Below, piece by piece: positions 46,727-57,138 of a stretch of 64,000 bases of DNA (position 1 is its first letter; each line of letters opens with the position of its first letter). The DNA is from an uncultured bacterium (GTDB lineage: Bacteria; Patescibacteriota; Minisyncoccia; Phycocordibacterales; GWA1-40-21). Where the stretch lies: assembly GCA_903831305.1 (NCBI GenBank), contig CAIKXE010000004.1, positions 147,524 through 211,523 of the forward strand, written 5' to 3'. A program made the position numbers and the translations under genes. Under the pieces are notes generated by a model that made no database searches, was not told where the DNA came from, and worked only from the letters and a program-made list of their open reading frames with translations.

Positions 46727-47398
46727 ATGAAAACAAAGAATAAAATATTAATTAGTCTTGCTGTAGTTATGCTCATAGTATCAGCTAGTGTGGCATCAGT
46801 GTCAGCTACAGTAAGCTCAGAACAAAATTTGAATTCTAGTTTAGAGAGCGGACTAACAGGGGATGTTCATAATTGTTCTCCTTTGACTGTTGCCAATGGA
46901 TCAGTGGCTGCTTATCCCACCTGCACCATAACCTGTAATTCAGGTTATTCTTTAAGCGGGATCTCTTGTCTTGCTCGCAGTAGTGGAAGTAGTGGAGGAG
47001 GGGGTGGTGGAGGGTCAGGCAACACTTTTGTAGCAACAACGACCGTTACGACTACTGGAGGGGGCTCAGCTCGTGCTGGATACCAGTTTAATAATGACCT
47101 CGGGATCGGTTCAACTGGTACGGATGTAGTAGAATTGCAGAAAATATTAGTAGCTGGGGGTTATTTAGTAATGCCAGCTGGGGTCGCTATGGGGACTTAT
47201 GGACCAATGACGGTGGCCGCTGTCCGCGCTTACCAATTAGCTAATGGTTTGCCTTCCGTGGGGGTTGTGGGGCCACAAACCAGAGCTAAATTAAATGGTG
47301 GTGGTATGTCAACCGGGGCCTTTATTGACCTCCTTCTGCTACTTGGTATCATTTCTCCAGATAAGGCGGCATCTGCCAGACTTATTCTTGGTTTATAA
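46727..47398 (+). CDS. Secreted peptidoglycan-binding domain protein
   Basis: Signal peptide, small Cys module (C.ITCNSGY), Gly/Ser linker, C-terminal NDLGIGSTG.DV.ELQ..YQ..G.VGPQTRAKLN. Confidence 0.85.
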   Translation: MKTKNKILISLAVVMLIVSASVASVSATVSSEQNLNSSLESGLTGDVHNCSPLTVANGSVAAYPTCTITCNSGYSLSGISCLARSSGSSGGGGGGGSGNTFVATTTVTTTGGGSARAGYQFNNDLGIGSTGTDVVELQKILVAGGYLVMPAGVAMGTYGPMTVAAVRAYQLANGLPSVGVVGPQTRAKLNGGGMSTGAFIDLLLLLGIISPDKAASARLILGL

Positions 47399-47438
47399 AA
47401 TATTTTTTGTAGAGCCTTTATTTTAGTTATAGAGCAAC

Positions 47439-47465
47439 ACAAAAACCACTATACAGTGGTTTTTG
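47439..47465. terminator. Bidirectional terminator
   Basis: CAAAAACCACT-atac-AGTGGTTTTTG between convergent genes. Confidence 0.8.
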
Positions 47466-47469
47466 TATA

Positions 47470-48243
47470 TTAGAAAAAAGATTTAATTAGCCTCAGTTTT
47501 GCCCAGATGATGGCGGAAAACCAGCCCGGATACCGGCCAAAGTTTCTAATGATTATTTTATAGTGATTCCAAGCCATAATTACTTTTCTTTTCTGTGAAA
47601 TACTGCCCGAGTGCCTAGTATAGGCAGTGGTAATTTTAACCAGATTCTTCATTTTACCTAGTCGGCCGAGTCTCAGAAAGAGGTCCAAGTCTTCCACACA
47701 GGATAGTCTCTCGTCATAACCACCTGCTTTTGTTATAAGCTCCTGGCGGATTAAGACACTGGAGTGGGGGATTTGATTATCTTTTAGAATATTTTCTCGG
47801 ATTATCTGATCCTCAATAGCAAAATTAGTCTCTTTAATGAGGTCACCTTTTTCATTTATTATTCTGATATTTGAGCCAATCAAGGCATAGTCAGAATTTT
47901 GCTCTAAAAAGTCATATTGTTTCTGTAATTTATCATTATCCAGCCAATAATCATCACTATCTAGGACAGCGATATACTGGCCAGGAGCTAGTTTCAAGGC
48001 CTTATTTCTATTAGCAGAAATACCTAAAGCTGGTGAGTTTTTATAATACTTTATCCGGCTATCATTGACTGTGTAAGAGGCCACAATGGCCTCTGTAGCA
48101 TCCTTAGAATCATCATCGGAGACTATGAGCTCCCAGTCTGTAAAGGACTGTTTTTGGGCACTTTCAAGGGCTTGGGCTATGAAGTCAGCCCTATTTCTAG
48201 TGACGGTTATAATACTAATTTTTGGTTTTATATTTGTATCCAT
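47470..48243 (-). CDS. Glycosyltransferase family 2
   Basis: ISII.VTRNR, SDDDS.D, LDSDD, EDLDL. Confidence 0.92.
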   Translation of the reverse strand: MDTNIKPKISIITVTRNRADFIAQALESAQKQSFTDWELIVSDDDSKDATEAIVASYTVNDSRIKYYKNSPALGISANRNKALKLAPGQYIAVLDSDDYWLDNDKLQKQYDFLEQNSDYALIGSNIRIINEKGDLIKETNFAIEDQIIRENILKDNQIPHSSVLIRQELITKAGGYDERLSCVEDLDLFLRLGRLGKMKNLVKITTAYTRHSGSISQKRKVIMAWNHYKIIIRNFGRYPGWFSAIIWAKLRLIKSFF

Positions 48244-48269
48244 GTGATTTCTGATCATACTGACAAGTA

Positions 48270-49109
48270 TTAAATTTTAATCCACTCTGGTGGCAGTAAA
48301 TTTGCGTATTCTTTTTGATGGAAGTTATTCCATTTCTTGGGTGCGATTACTATTTTATTTGGATTTTGATTTAGCCAAGCTATCCAAAAAGTAAAACTAC
48401 TGTTTGCAATAATATTGTGTTTGCATTTAGTTGCAATCATGAAATTATCGTAGACAGGGATATTAGCGTCAGAAAATATAATTGGTAAATCAGTTTTTAA
48501 ATTAATTTTGCACCATTCAATATCATCAGAAAAAATGAACAAAGTAGGGCTGGGCACCTTTTCTTTTATTAATCTAAGGGCTTTTTCATAATATTCAATA
48601 TTAAATGTTATCCACTCCTTCGCAAATTTTGGATTACTAACATAATCTCCTCTACGAACTCCTACATAAACTGAATTAGTATTTTCTATTTCTGATATAA
48701 TACCATATTTTTTAATAGTATTATCCTTCAGTGATACCTCCCTCAGAAGTTCACTCCGTATGGGCTCAAGGTATTTATAGCTTTGCCAATATCCTTCCAT
48801 ATAACCACTTTTGCTTTTTAGTAATCTAGGGATATATCCGATATTAAATGATCTTAAGACTTTTGTTTTAGCTAGCTCCAAGATTCTTGAAACTACCCCA
48901 AGTGGGTACCCTACTTTTTTAAGTTCCTCGTCCGAGGCTATCTCTACTTCTGTGTTTAAATAGCCAAGAAAATATTCTCTTATGCTATCATTCTTGTTTA
49001 CGAGGAATTTATATTTTACTTCAACATTATTTTTAACAGACAAAAGCCTCCCAAAAGAATATTGAAATAACTGGTTTCCAGGCCCACCACGTAATCGTAT
49101 TATTATCAT
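48270..49109 (-). CDS. Alpha-1,2-fucosyltransferase-like protein (GT11)
   Basis: GG.GNQLFQY, GYWQS.KY, VRRGDY, FSDDIEW, IIANSSF.FW.AWL. Confidence 0.9.
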   Translation of the reverse strand: MIIIRLRGGPGNQLFQYSFGRLLSVKNNVEVKYKFLVNKNDSIREYFLGYLNTEVEIASDEELKKVGYPLGVVSRILELAKTKVLRSFNIGYIPRLLKSKSGYMEGYWQSYKYLEPIRSELLREVSLKDNTIKKYGIISEIENTNSVYVGVRRGDYVSNPKFAKEWITFNIEYYEKALRLIKEKVPSPTLFIFSDDIEWCKINLKTDLPIIFSDANIPVYDNFMIATKCKHNIIANSSFTFWIAWLNQNPNKIVIAPKKWNNFHQKEYANLLPPEWIKI

Positions 49110-49114
49110 AGTGA

Positions 49115-50155
49115 TTATTTTTTTAAGATAGTCCTTTTTATTAAAATAACTTTTTTGGCTATGTTTTTTAGGTAAAAATATATTTTGTAGTGTAACCTTG
49201 CCGTCCTCCACTTTTTGTTATTTTTTATTTTTTCATCCAGACCGGTTTTATATGATATTCCCTGATATTTTTCAAAGAAGTTTATAAATTCCAGAGTCTG
49301 CTTTTCTAAACTTAAATTTTCGATTATGTATTTTCTTGGCTCAAAACTTGACCAGTTCTCTTCCATCTTATGTATTGAATTCTCAATCTCCTTCATGTTT
49401 TTTGTCTTTATCCCACACCTGTCATCAAAATAATATGCAGAAGTTGTATCCGAATATAGTAGCTCGGCTGGTGTGTATATCTTTTCCTCTTTATTTGTTG
49501 GTACCCAGTGTCCAATATTTAAAACGTCCCAGACTAAAATGGGGACGTTCATGGAAAGAGCCTCCTCCAATGCAATACCTTGACTCTCCTGTCTTCCAAG
49601 CCAAATAAGGTATTTTGTATTTCTTAGCTTTTCTATGTAGTCACTTTGTTTGTATGAACCATAAATAATTATTTCATGTTTGATTTCTAATTCATTTAGT
49701 ATTTTTTTAATATGCTCTAACTCACTGTCGTATCTTTGTTTAAAATATATTAAAACAATACCATTGGTTGGTTTTTGTCTCTCGGAAAATTCATATGTAT
49801 CAATTCCTACTGGCCAATAGACAAAAGGACATTTGTTAAATCCAAAACTTCTCCAGACACCAGCTGACCATTTTGAGGGTTGGATGTATATAAGGTTAGA
49901 AAAATTAATGTCCACGGGGATATTTCTCGGAAGTATGTAAAGATTTGGGCCAACAACTGCCTTAATCTTTTTCTTTGATACCTCCCTCAGAGCTTCAACA
50001 TCATCGTGTATCCACAATTGCGATGTTGTATCTAGGGCTCTGTTAATACAATAGGGGTAATTTAAGAGATCAAGACCTTTTATTAAATTTGTAGCTACTT
50101 TTTGTGGTCCCGAAGTATAACCAGACGCGACCGATTTTGAAATTATATTTATCAT
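49115..50155 (-). CDS. Putative GT-B glycosyltransferase
   Basis: ESQGIALEEALS.NVP motif of GT4-like enzymes. Confidence 0.7.
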   Translation of the reverse strand: MINIISKSVASGYTSGPQKVATNLIKGLDLLNYPYCINRALDTTSQLWIHDDVEALREVSKKKIKAVVGPNLYILPRNIPVDINFSNLIYIQPSKWSAGVWRSFGFNKCPFVYWPVGIDTYEFSERQKPTNGIVLIYFKQRYDSELEHIKKILNELEIKHEIIIYGSYKQSDYIEKLRNTKYLIWLGRQESQGIALEEALSMNVPILVWDVLNIGHWVPTNKEEKIYTPAELLYSDTTSAYYFDDRCGIKTKNMKEIENSIHKMEENWSSFEPRKYIIENLSLEKQTLEFINFFEKYQGISYKTGLDEKIKNNKKWRTARLHYKIYFYLKNIAKKVILIKRTILKK

Positions 50156-50252
50156 GCTTTTGTTAAAATCTAAAAATATATTATTTTTAAGTTTAGCACG
50201 TTTTTAGCCTTAGGACTAGAAATTAGTCACTGTTTTGTGTTAGTATGTATGA

Positions 50253-51245
50253 ATGGATAGAGTAACAAAAAGATGTTCGCTTTGTAATAGTTTGGCCAAA
50301 CTGGAGTATCAAAATATGAAAGGGTATATAGAGAATTCTCGTTTTGACATATACAGTTGTACTGTTTGCGAGGCTTCGTTTGCAGACCCATTAAAATCTG
50401 ATGAAAAGATATATAATTATATTTATAAGCAGGCAGAAAGAGTGCCTGGGTATGAAAGATATTTTAGATTTTCAAAACTTGCTAAAAAAGTTATAAATCC
50501 ATTATGGTATTTGTGTAATGCGGAAGGTGTATATTGGTCTGTAAGAGAAGCATTACAGAAAAACTTTCAAGAGCAAAAGAATATCTCTATTCTTGAAGTG
50601 GGTAGTGGTTTGGGGTATCTAACATATAGCCTAAATACGGCCGGATATAAAACAACCGGTGTTGATATTTCTGAAGATGCCATACTTAAGGCAAAGAAGT
50701 ATTATGGAGATTTTTATGAGGTCGGGAATATATTTAAATTAGCAGAAGCAAGAATAAAAAAATATGACTGTGTTATTATGACAGAAATAGTTGAACATGT
50801 GGAAGACCCAAGAGGTTTTATTCAAGCATGTTTATCTCTTTTGAAGAGCGGTGGTAAATTAATACTGACCACACCTAATAAGTCTGCAACTCCAGCTGGG
50901 ACTATTTGGCAAGGGGATATACCATCTGTTCATTTGTGGTTTCTGGCGGAAAAAAGCATTTTAAAAATGGCAGAGAGTTTAGGAAGGAGATGCGAATTTA
51001 TTGATTTTACTGAATATTCAAGAATGTATTATACTCCAAGTCGTGTATATTCAATGGACGAGATTCAATCAGAAGCTCCTCGTCTTTCGAAAAATGGTCA
51101 AATTTTTCCTGGCAGGGAAGCAGGTCGAATAAAATCGTTCTTTTTTGGTTTAAAAGTTAGATATTGGCTATCATATATTAGAAGGAGACTCAAGGTAAAA
51201 CAAGTATCTCATCGCACGATTAATCTATGCGCTGTTCTTTCTTAG
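50253..51245 (+). CDS. Class I SAM-dependent methyltransferase with N-terminal Zn ribbon
   Basis: CSLC/CTVC, ILEVGSGLG, EIVEHVEDP, G.LILTTPN. Confidence 0.88.
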   Translation: MDRVTKRCSLCNSLAKLEYQNMKGYIENSRFDIYSCTVCEASFADPLKSDEKIYNYIYKQAERVPGYERYFRFSKLAKKVINPLWYLCNAEGVYWSVREALQKNFQEQKNISILEVGSGLGYLTYSLNTAGYKTTGVDISEDAILKAKKYYGDFYEVGNIFKLAEARIKKYDCVIMTEIVEHVEDPRGFIQACLSLLKSGGKLILTTPNKSATPAGTIWQGDIPSVHLWFLAEKSILKMAESLGRRCEFIDFTEYSRMYYTPSRVYSMDEIQSEAPRLSKNGQIFPGREAGRIKSFFFGLKVRYWLSYIRRRLKVKQVSHRTINLCAVLS

Positions 51246-51312
51246 TTTTTAACGGTTATGAGTATCATTTTTTAATAAAACCTAAATATACTTTATAAAT
51301 AATATCAATAAC

Positions 51313-52011
51313 ATGAACTTAATCACCATTATAAAGAAAAGTATACCCAAGTCTTTGTTTGAACCAGGTAAGAGAATTTTTCACTTTTTTTCAGACAAAA
51401 AAATATATACAAATTTTAATGTGAGAACTATTTACATGGGACATCAAAAAACTACATATCGAGGTATCAAGGCCATCAAGTGTCCATTTGATTATGTTAT
51501 ATACCAAATGATTATTTCTGAATTAAAACCTGATTTAGTTATTGAGATCGGGACTCATAGTGGTGGGGGTGCACTATACTTGGCCGACCTTCTTACTGTT
51601 ATTGGTAATGGGGTTGTTCATACTATTGACATAGCTCCAATTTCAGATAATTTACCAGCTAGTCACCCTAGAATAAAGTTTTTTACAAAAGGGTGGGAGG
51701 GTTATGATTTAAAAGAGACAGAGGGTTTTTGTAAAATATTGGTTATTGAGGACGGTGCTCATACGTATGAACACTCTATTGGTGCAATAAAGAAGTTTTC
51801 TCCACTTGTATCTGTCGGGTCATACCTTATAGTTGAGGATGGGATACTTGATGAACTTGGTATGAAAAAGAGTTATAACGGAGGTCCGGTGAGAGCCATA
51901 GAGGAGTTTTTGAAGATTAATAAGGACTTTGTTATTGATAGAGAAAGATGTGATTTTTTTGGCAAGAACGCGACTTTTAATGTAAATGGCTACCTTAAAA
52001 GAATAAAATAA
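51313..52011 (+). CDS. CmcI/cephalosporin-hydroxylase-family (sugar O-methyltransferase-like) protein
   Basis: K.PFD..IYQ.II.ELKPD.VIEIGT..GG, D..H.YEH, GSYLIVED, GP..AI.EFL, NGYLKR. Confidence 0.88.
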   Translation: MNLITIIKKSIPKSLFEPGKRIFHFFSDKKIYTNFNVRTIYMGHQKTTYRGIKAIKCPFDYVIYQMIISELKPDLVIEIGTHSGGGALYLADLLTVIGNGVVHTIDIAPISDNLPASHPRIKFFTKGWEGYDLKETEGFCKILVIEDGAHTYEHSIGAIKKFSPLVSVGSYLIVEDGILDELGMKKSYNGGPVRAIEEFLKINKDFVIDRERCDFFGKNATFNVNGYLKRIK

Positions 52012-52015
52012 CTTG

Positions 52016-52960
52016 ATGAAAACATTTCCTCCGCTAACAGTTTTGTTTAAAGGTCTGATAACTTTTATTCCGGGAGCTTATAAGATTTTTTGCAAGGGTA
52101 CTGGTGGAACAATTTCCTCTCGATATTGTTATTCTGTCTGGATGAGACATCTAGTGGTAACACAGGGTGCTAGAAATGGTATTATGCCAAAAGTCGTTGG
52201 TGAACTCGGGCCAGGGGACTCTATCGGTATTGGTCTCGCAAGTTTGCTTTCTGGGGTGGAAAAATACTTTGCATTGGATGTGGTTAAACACATAGATGTA
52301 AAAAGAAATTTAAAGATCCTTGAAGAATTGGTTGTTATGTTTAAAAACAAAGAGCGAATTCCTGATAAAAAGGAATTTCCAAATATTATACCATTGCTTG
52401 ATAATTATGATTTTCCTTCTAACATTCTTACCAGTGAGATTTTGTTTACGTCGTTAGCAGACAAGAAATTAAAACAAATTAGGAAAAGTGTTAGCAATAA
52501 TGCTTCTATGGAGCCTATGATCTCATATTTTGCTCCATGGGATGATAAAAATATTATTTCTCCCGGCGTGGCTGATATGATTTTCTCACAATTTGTGTTA
52601 GAGCATGTCAATGACCTAGAGAAATCCTATGGTGCGATGTTTACCTGGCTAAAATTTGGTGGTGTTCTTTCCAATGTTATTGATTTCCAATGCCATGGTA
52701 CATCTAGTGAGTGGAATGGTCACTGGTTGTATTCTAAATTATTATGGAAACTCATTGTTGGTGGAAGGTCGTTTCTTTTGAATAGACAGCCCGCTCAGTT
52801 TCATATAGATATTTTGGAGAGAAATAAATTTAAGGTTTTGAAAACAGAGCGGTTTTATAGAGAGTCAAAGATTTCTATAAAATCTTTGGCCGCAGAATAC
52901 GCTACTATTAGTTACGGTGATTTACAAACAACCATGATTTATATGCAGGCTGTGAAATAA
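52016..52960 (+). CDS. Putative SAM-dependent methyltransferase
   Basis: ELGPGDS, D.IFS..VLEHV.D. Confidence 0.75.
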   Translation: MKTFPPLTVLFKGLITFIPGAYKIFCKGTGGTISSRYCYSVWMRHLVVTQGARNGIMPKVVGELGPGDSIGIGLASLLSGVEKYFALDVVKHIDVKRNLKILEELVVMFKNKERIPDKKEFPNIIPLLDNYDFPSNILTSEILFTSLADKKLKQIRKSVSNNASMEPMISYFAPWDDKNIISPGVADMIFSQFVLEHVNDLEKSYGAMFTWLKFGGVLSNVIDFQCHGTSSEWNGHWLYSKLLWKLIVGGRSFLLNRQPAQFHIDILERNKFKVLKTERFYRESKISIKSLAAEYATISYGDLQTTMIYMQAVK

Positions 52961-52983
52961 GCAAATTTCTGAAAAGATTTTTT

Positions 52984-54414
52984 TTAAAAGTTTATGAAAG
53001 TTCCATCGACGCTTACATATCCACTTAACCCTTGTTCATTAAGAATTTTGTAGCCAGTCATCTCTTTTTTAAAAGTTTTTTCTAGCATGAGTTTATTATT
53101 CATAGCTATATTTAGGGTGCAAAGCCAAACTGCAAAGTCTTTTTTATTTATCTTATAAAAACAAGTGATCAAAATACCCGCATCAGTTCTAAACATTGAA
53201 TCATTATTTTCCCATCTATCCCAATCAAACTTTTCATTTAGCCAATATCTGCCAGAAATTTTAAAGATATTTTGGTAGAGGGGTAGGGCTATTATTTGCA
53301 ACCCTTTATAAATCATAGTGCCTTCCGCAATGTTTTTATATTTTCCATCGATCTTTTTCCTTAATTGATCTGTACCTCCATCATATATATTTAAAAATAG
53401 ATCTGTTTTTTCCCTTATTTCTCTTTCCCACTCGGCTGTGATGGTGCTACCTTCAATGTGAAGGATAAAGGAATTGGGTATCTTTCTCAGGCTTTCTATC
53501 GTCTTTATTGTCTGGTCAAATCTTTCTTGTGCAGAAAAAACAGATCTTTTTTTGGTATAGTTTAGCGGGTTAGATGATATGTTTATTACTGAAGTAATAA
53601 TACATAGATTCTTCGGTTTATTTTTCATACTTTCTTTTAACTCACTAATCTGTGTTTCTATCGGTGGTAATTGAATATCGGACTCCAGGCATTTATTAAT
53701 AGCTTGTCCTGTAGCGTATGGTTCTATGTTTACATTTTTAGCATAAATTTTAAAAATAGTATTAATCAAATTATACTTATTTATAATTTCGTTCGTCCCG
53801 TATTGGTTTAATACTGGTGTGTTATTCCAGTCAATTATTATTTTTTCACAAATTTTACACCACTGTCTAGTCGTTATCCCGTTCCAGTAGTGATCAGTGT
53901 AGCCCCTTATTGTGCCTTGGGCTGAGAGAGCCCAGTCTAAAAGTGAAACTTTGTTTTCTGATAGCTCATGGCCAATAATTGAAGTACGGATTATCTTGGT
54001 ATTCTTAAACTTCTTTTCTATCTGTTCTGATATATATGCTTTACTTTTACCATAAGGATCTACCGCATCCCGCTTACTGTTTTTGCTGTATTTTTTACTA
54101 ATACCTAAATTTCCTGAAAACTCACAGTCGGTCGATGGGTGAATGACCTTCTTTCCGAGTGTTTCAAGGAATATCGGTAAATCAATATTTAATTCTTTGT
54201 ATTTTTTTGGCTGATTAGAATATTTTTGTGGGGTAGCACCAATACAATTAATAATAAAATCCGCATCCGTCGATAATAGTTTTTTATTAAATTCTATATC
54301 TCCCCACCTCTCATTCAATATATATAAGGTGTATTTTTGGTAATATTGGGAAAAATATCTAAAAACTTCACTGCCCAACATTCCTTTGTGTCCCAGAATC
54401 ATTAATCTAATCAT
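52984..54414 (-). CDS. RmlD-like NDP-sugar reductase fused to a C-terminal GT-like domain
   Basis: LGHKGMLG, STDCEFSG, YGKSK, RTSIIG; second domain IITSVI..ERFDQT..KISGRY. Confidence 0.75.
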   Translation of the reverse strand: MIRLMILGHKGMLGSEVFRYFSQYYQKYTLYILNERWGDIEFNKKLLSTDADFIINCIGATPQKYSNQPKKYKELNIDLPIFLETLGKKVIHPSTDCEFSGNLGISKKYSKNSKRDAVDPYGKSKAYISEQIEKKFKNTKIIRTSIIGHELSENKVSLLDWALSAQGTIRGYTDHYWNGITTRQWCKICEKIIIDWNNTPVLNQYGTNEIINKYNLINTIFKIYAKNVNIEPYATGQAINKCLESDIQLPPIETQISELKESMKNKPKNLCIITSVINISSNPLNYTKKRSVFSAQERFDQTIKTIESLRKIPNSFILHIEGSTITAEWEREIREKTDLFLNIYDGGTDQLRKKIDGKYKNIAEGTMIYKGLQIIALPLYQNIFKISGRYWLNEKFDWDRWENNDSMFRTDAGILITCFYKINKKDFAVWLCTLNIAMNNKLMLEKTFKKEMTGYKILNEQGLSGYVSVDGTFINF

Positions 54415-55355
54415 ATTGAAGGTTTGAAATACTTATACTTAGACAATATTTTATTTAGTTCCTCTTTTGATACACAGTGGTCTCTGGAGTCAAACACCTT
54501 TTGTGCTGTGAGCGTCTTTCTCTCGGATATATTTTTGTAGTGAATTAAGAAAAAATCCTTTTTCTTCACATATGTTACCCTGTTTGTTTCGTATGGTGAA
54601 ATCATTTGCTCATGATCCTTCTCTGATATACGAGGGGAGCCATTTACCCACCTTAGACCAAATTTTTCTTTGTATATTTCAAAGAGATCTAGTAATTTGA
54701 AAGCTTTAAGATTTGGAACAATATTATATCCTGTATAATTTACAGCAATTTCAACACAATCAATGGCTTGTTCGACGTCTATCATGAAGCGTGTCATTTC
54801 TTCTGAATATAGTTTTACTGGGTAGTTATTTTTAATTGAGTCCCAAATTAAAGGGATGATAGAACCTGTAGAATTTAAGACATTTCCATATATTACTGAA
54901 GATAATTTAGTAGATTCATTTTCAGCGTTTAGGATGAAGGCTTCACCTGCCACAAACTTCATTGCCCCATAAAGTGTGGTTGGGCACCTACTTTTATCTG
55001 AAGAAATAAATATACCAGCCTTAAGTTTGTTTTGTATTGCTGCCCTTCTAGAGTTAAAAGCACCATGTATAATAATTTCTAACGCTTCCTCGGGGTTCTC
55101 ATCTACCGCGCCTATTTGTTTCATTGATGCAGCAAAAATACCTATTGTGTGACCGCGAATACTCTTTTCCAGTAGTTCGTAATTTCTGACATCCCCAATT
55201 ATACAGTTAATTCTTGGAAATTGTTTCTTTATATAATAGTGTTTTGCCTCATCCCTGCTGAATATTGTAATTTCGTTTTTGTCGTAGAACCTTTTAATAA
55301 GGTTTTTACCTAAATACCCTGCACCACCTGTGATAAATATTTTTTCATTCTTCAT
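54411..55355 (-). CDS. UDP-GlcNAc 4,6-dehydratase-like protein (PseB/FnlA/CapD family)
   Basis: ITGGAGYLG, SRDEAK, GDVR, SSDK..P..LYGAMK, YGNVLNS.GS.IP, MTRF. Confidence 0.88.
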   Translation of the reverse strand: MKNEKIFITGGAGYLGKNLIKRFYDKNEITIFSRDEAKHYYIKKQFPRINCIIGDVRNYELLEKSIRGHTIGIFAASMKQIGAVDENPEEALEIIIHGAFNSRRAAIQNKLKAGIFISSDKSRCPTTLYGAMKFVAGEAFILNAENESTKLSSVIYGNVLNSTGSIIPLIWDSIKNNYPVKLYSEEMTRFMIDVEQAIDCVEIAVNYTGYNIVPNLKAFKLLDLFEIYKEKFGLRWVNGSPRISEKDHEQMISPYETNRVTYVKKKDFFLIHYKNISERKTLTAQKVFDSRDHCVSKEELNKILSKYKYFKPSI

Positions 55356-55368
55356 ATTTGTAAATATT

Positions 55369-56253
55369 TTAATTAATAAACTTTTTTAAAAACCTGACAA
55401 TCGGTACACTATATGGTATGAACTTTATAATTTGCTTTGCTGCTATTAATGTGGTTGTTTCTTTAATTTTGTATTCAGGCCACTTCTTAAGGTAATGCTT
55501 ATAAAATCTTTGGTAGTAATTATTATAAAACCTACACCAGGGCTTATATCCAGTAGTGTAGTGTAAAATAATTGGATCTGGCTTGACTCTGGTCTGACTC
55601 CTGTCTACTTGCAGGTTCCACTTCTTTTCTAACGGCAACCATTTATCTATACATAGAAAGTTTAGCACATCTTGGTCAGCGTAAATTAGCTCCTTAGAGT
55701 GTTTTTTTACGAATTCGATTGCTTTCGCTGTAAAGTCTTCCTGCCTCATTTTATCTAAATTCATAAGTAAAATTCCACTATTAAAATATTTTTTAATATA
55801 TTTAAAAAATGGACAATTCATTTTTAGTACTTGTTCCGCCACACTGTCTTCTACTGCGGCCAATAAATAGCAATCTAAACTATTTTCATATAAACCCTCA
55901 ATGTTTCCTATTACCAACGTGTCACAGTCTATGTAGATACATTTTTCTACATCTTTTAATATATCTGGAATACAAAGTCTGTAATAGGCGGGCAAAGTAT
56001 AATAGTACATTTGTGGAAAATCAGCAAAAATCTCAGTATTAACCTTAATAAAATTTATTTTTGTTTTATATATTTTGCCAATGTTTGTTAGTTTGACCTT
56101 GTTTTCATCTTTAATATCCCCATCAAGAATATTAATTATTAGCTGGTACTTATCTGATTGGAAGTTATCAAGCAAAGAATGCATAGAAACACCTAGCGGC
56201 TGAGAATAATTATCGTCAGAGGAATATACAATATTAATATCTTTTTTATTCAT
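55369..56253 (-). CDS. Glycosyltransferase family 8
   Basis: DDNY, YYRL, YIDCD, YFNSG.LL, DQDVLN, HYT...KPW. Confidence 0.93.
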   Translation of the reverse strand: MNKKDINIVYSSDDNYSQPLGVSMHSLLDNFQSDKYQLIINILDGDIKDENKVKLTNIGKIYKTKINFIKVNTEIFADFPQMYYYTLPAYYRLCIPDILKDVEKCIYIDCDTLVIGNIEGLYENSLDCYLLAAVEDSVAEQVLKMNCPFFKYIKKYFNSGILLMNLDKMRQEDFTAKAIEFVKKHSKELIYADQDVLNFLCIDKWLPLEKKWNLQVDRSQTRVKPDPIILHYTTGYKPWCRFYNNYYQRFYKHYLKKWPEYKIKETTTLIAAKQIIKFIPYSVPIVRFLKKFIN

Positions 56254-57131
56254 ATTTTTTTTGATATTATTATGTTAATCCAATAATTCATATATAGGGC
56301 TTTGCTGTCTAAATTATTCATAATTTCGGTGTATTTTTCGGATAGTAGATCTGCGTTTAGACTTTTTAATTCATCCCAGTTTTCAACTATAAATAGTGGA
56401 ATACCTAAGTCTTTAAAATGTGCCATAGATATACTTTTTTTTACTATAGGAATAGTGCCTAAATATAGAGATTCCCATGTTCTGTGGCAGTCAGTACCAT
56501 TACCTTCCGGAGAGACTATAAATTTATACTCTGATAGACTAGTAAAATATTTAAACTGGTCTTTGTTCTCTATTTTAATTAAAAGATCATTAGTTTCAAG
56601 ACTATTCTTCAGATTAACCCTCTCTATATTACTGGTGGTAGTAAAACCAAAAGAGATTTTGTTTTTTTTAAAAATTCTATCAGATAAGTCACTACTTCTT
56701 TTCATGGTAGAAACACGACCGTTGTTATTGATGGAAGAATAGTGATAGTTAATTACCCCAATAGGGATGGGGGTAGTTTTATCATTTTTAAATGCTAGAT
56801 TTTGTGCAAACCAATGTATAATTTTATTGTCAATATATTTTTTATAGTCTGGGCCTATATTGGTATCCATGTTATGAGATATCAAGATATACTTATTTCT
56901 TATATAAGGATGTTTTTCTTTAAAGAAGGGATCTAAAAAATCGCTCCTAACAAAAACAATGTCGTTCTCCTCAACGTTTTTTGGTTCAATATCTGAAATC
57001 TCATCAAACACGTGTTGTGCAAGCGCTCTAAACCCGTCCCCTGTTACAAAAGGAAAACTAGTAGGTCTGTTTAGGCCTAAAATCTTAACAATTTTCCTTC
57101 TTATTTTTGTTTTGAATTTAAATATAAACAT
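56250..57131 (-). CDS. Exostosin/GT47-like putative glycosyltransferase
   Basis: WFAQN..PIPIG, SPEGNG.DCHRTWE.LY.G.IPIV. Confidence 0.65.
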   Translation of the reverse strand: MFIFKFKTKIRRKIVKILGLNRPTSFPFVTGDGFRALAQHVFDEISDIEPKNVEENDIVFVRSDFLDPFFKEKHPYIRNKYILISHNMDTNIGPDYKKYIDNKIIHWFAQNLAFKNDKTTPIPIGVINYHYSSINNNGRVSTMKRSSDLSDRIFKKNKISFGFTTTSNIERVNLKNSLETNDLLIKIENKDQFKYFTSLSEYKFIVSPEGNGTDCHRTWESLYLGTIPIVKKSISMAHFKDLGIPLFIVENWDELKSLNADLLSEKYTEIMNNLDSKALYMNYWINIIISKKI

Positions 57132-57138
57132 ATTATAA

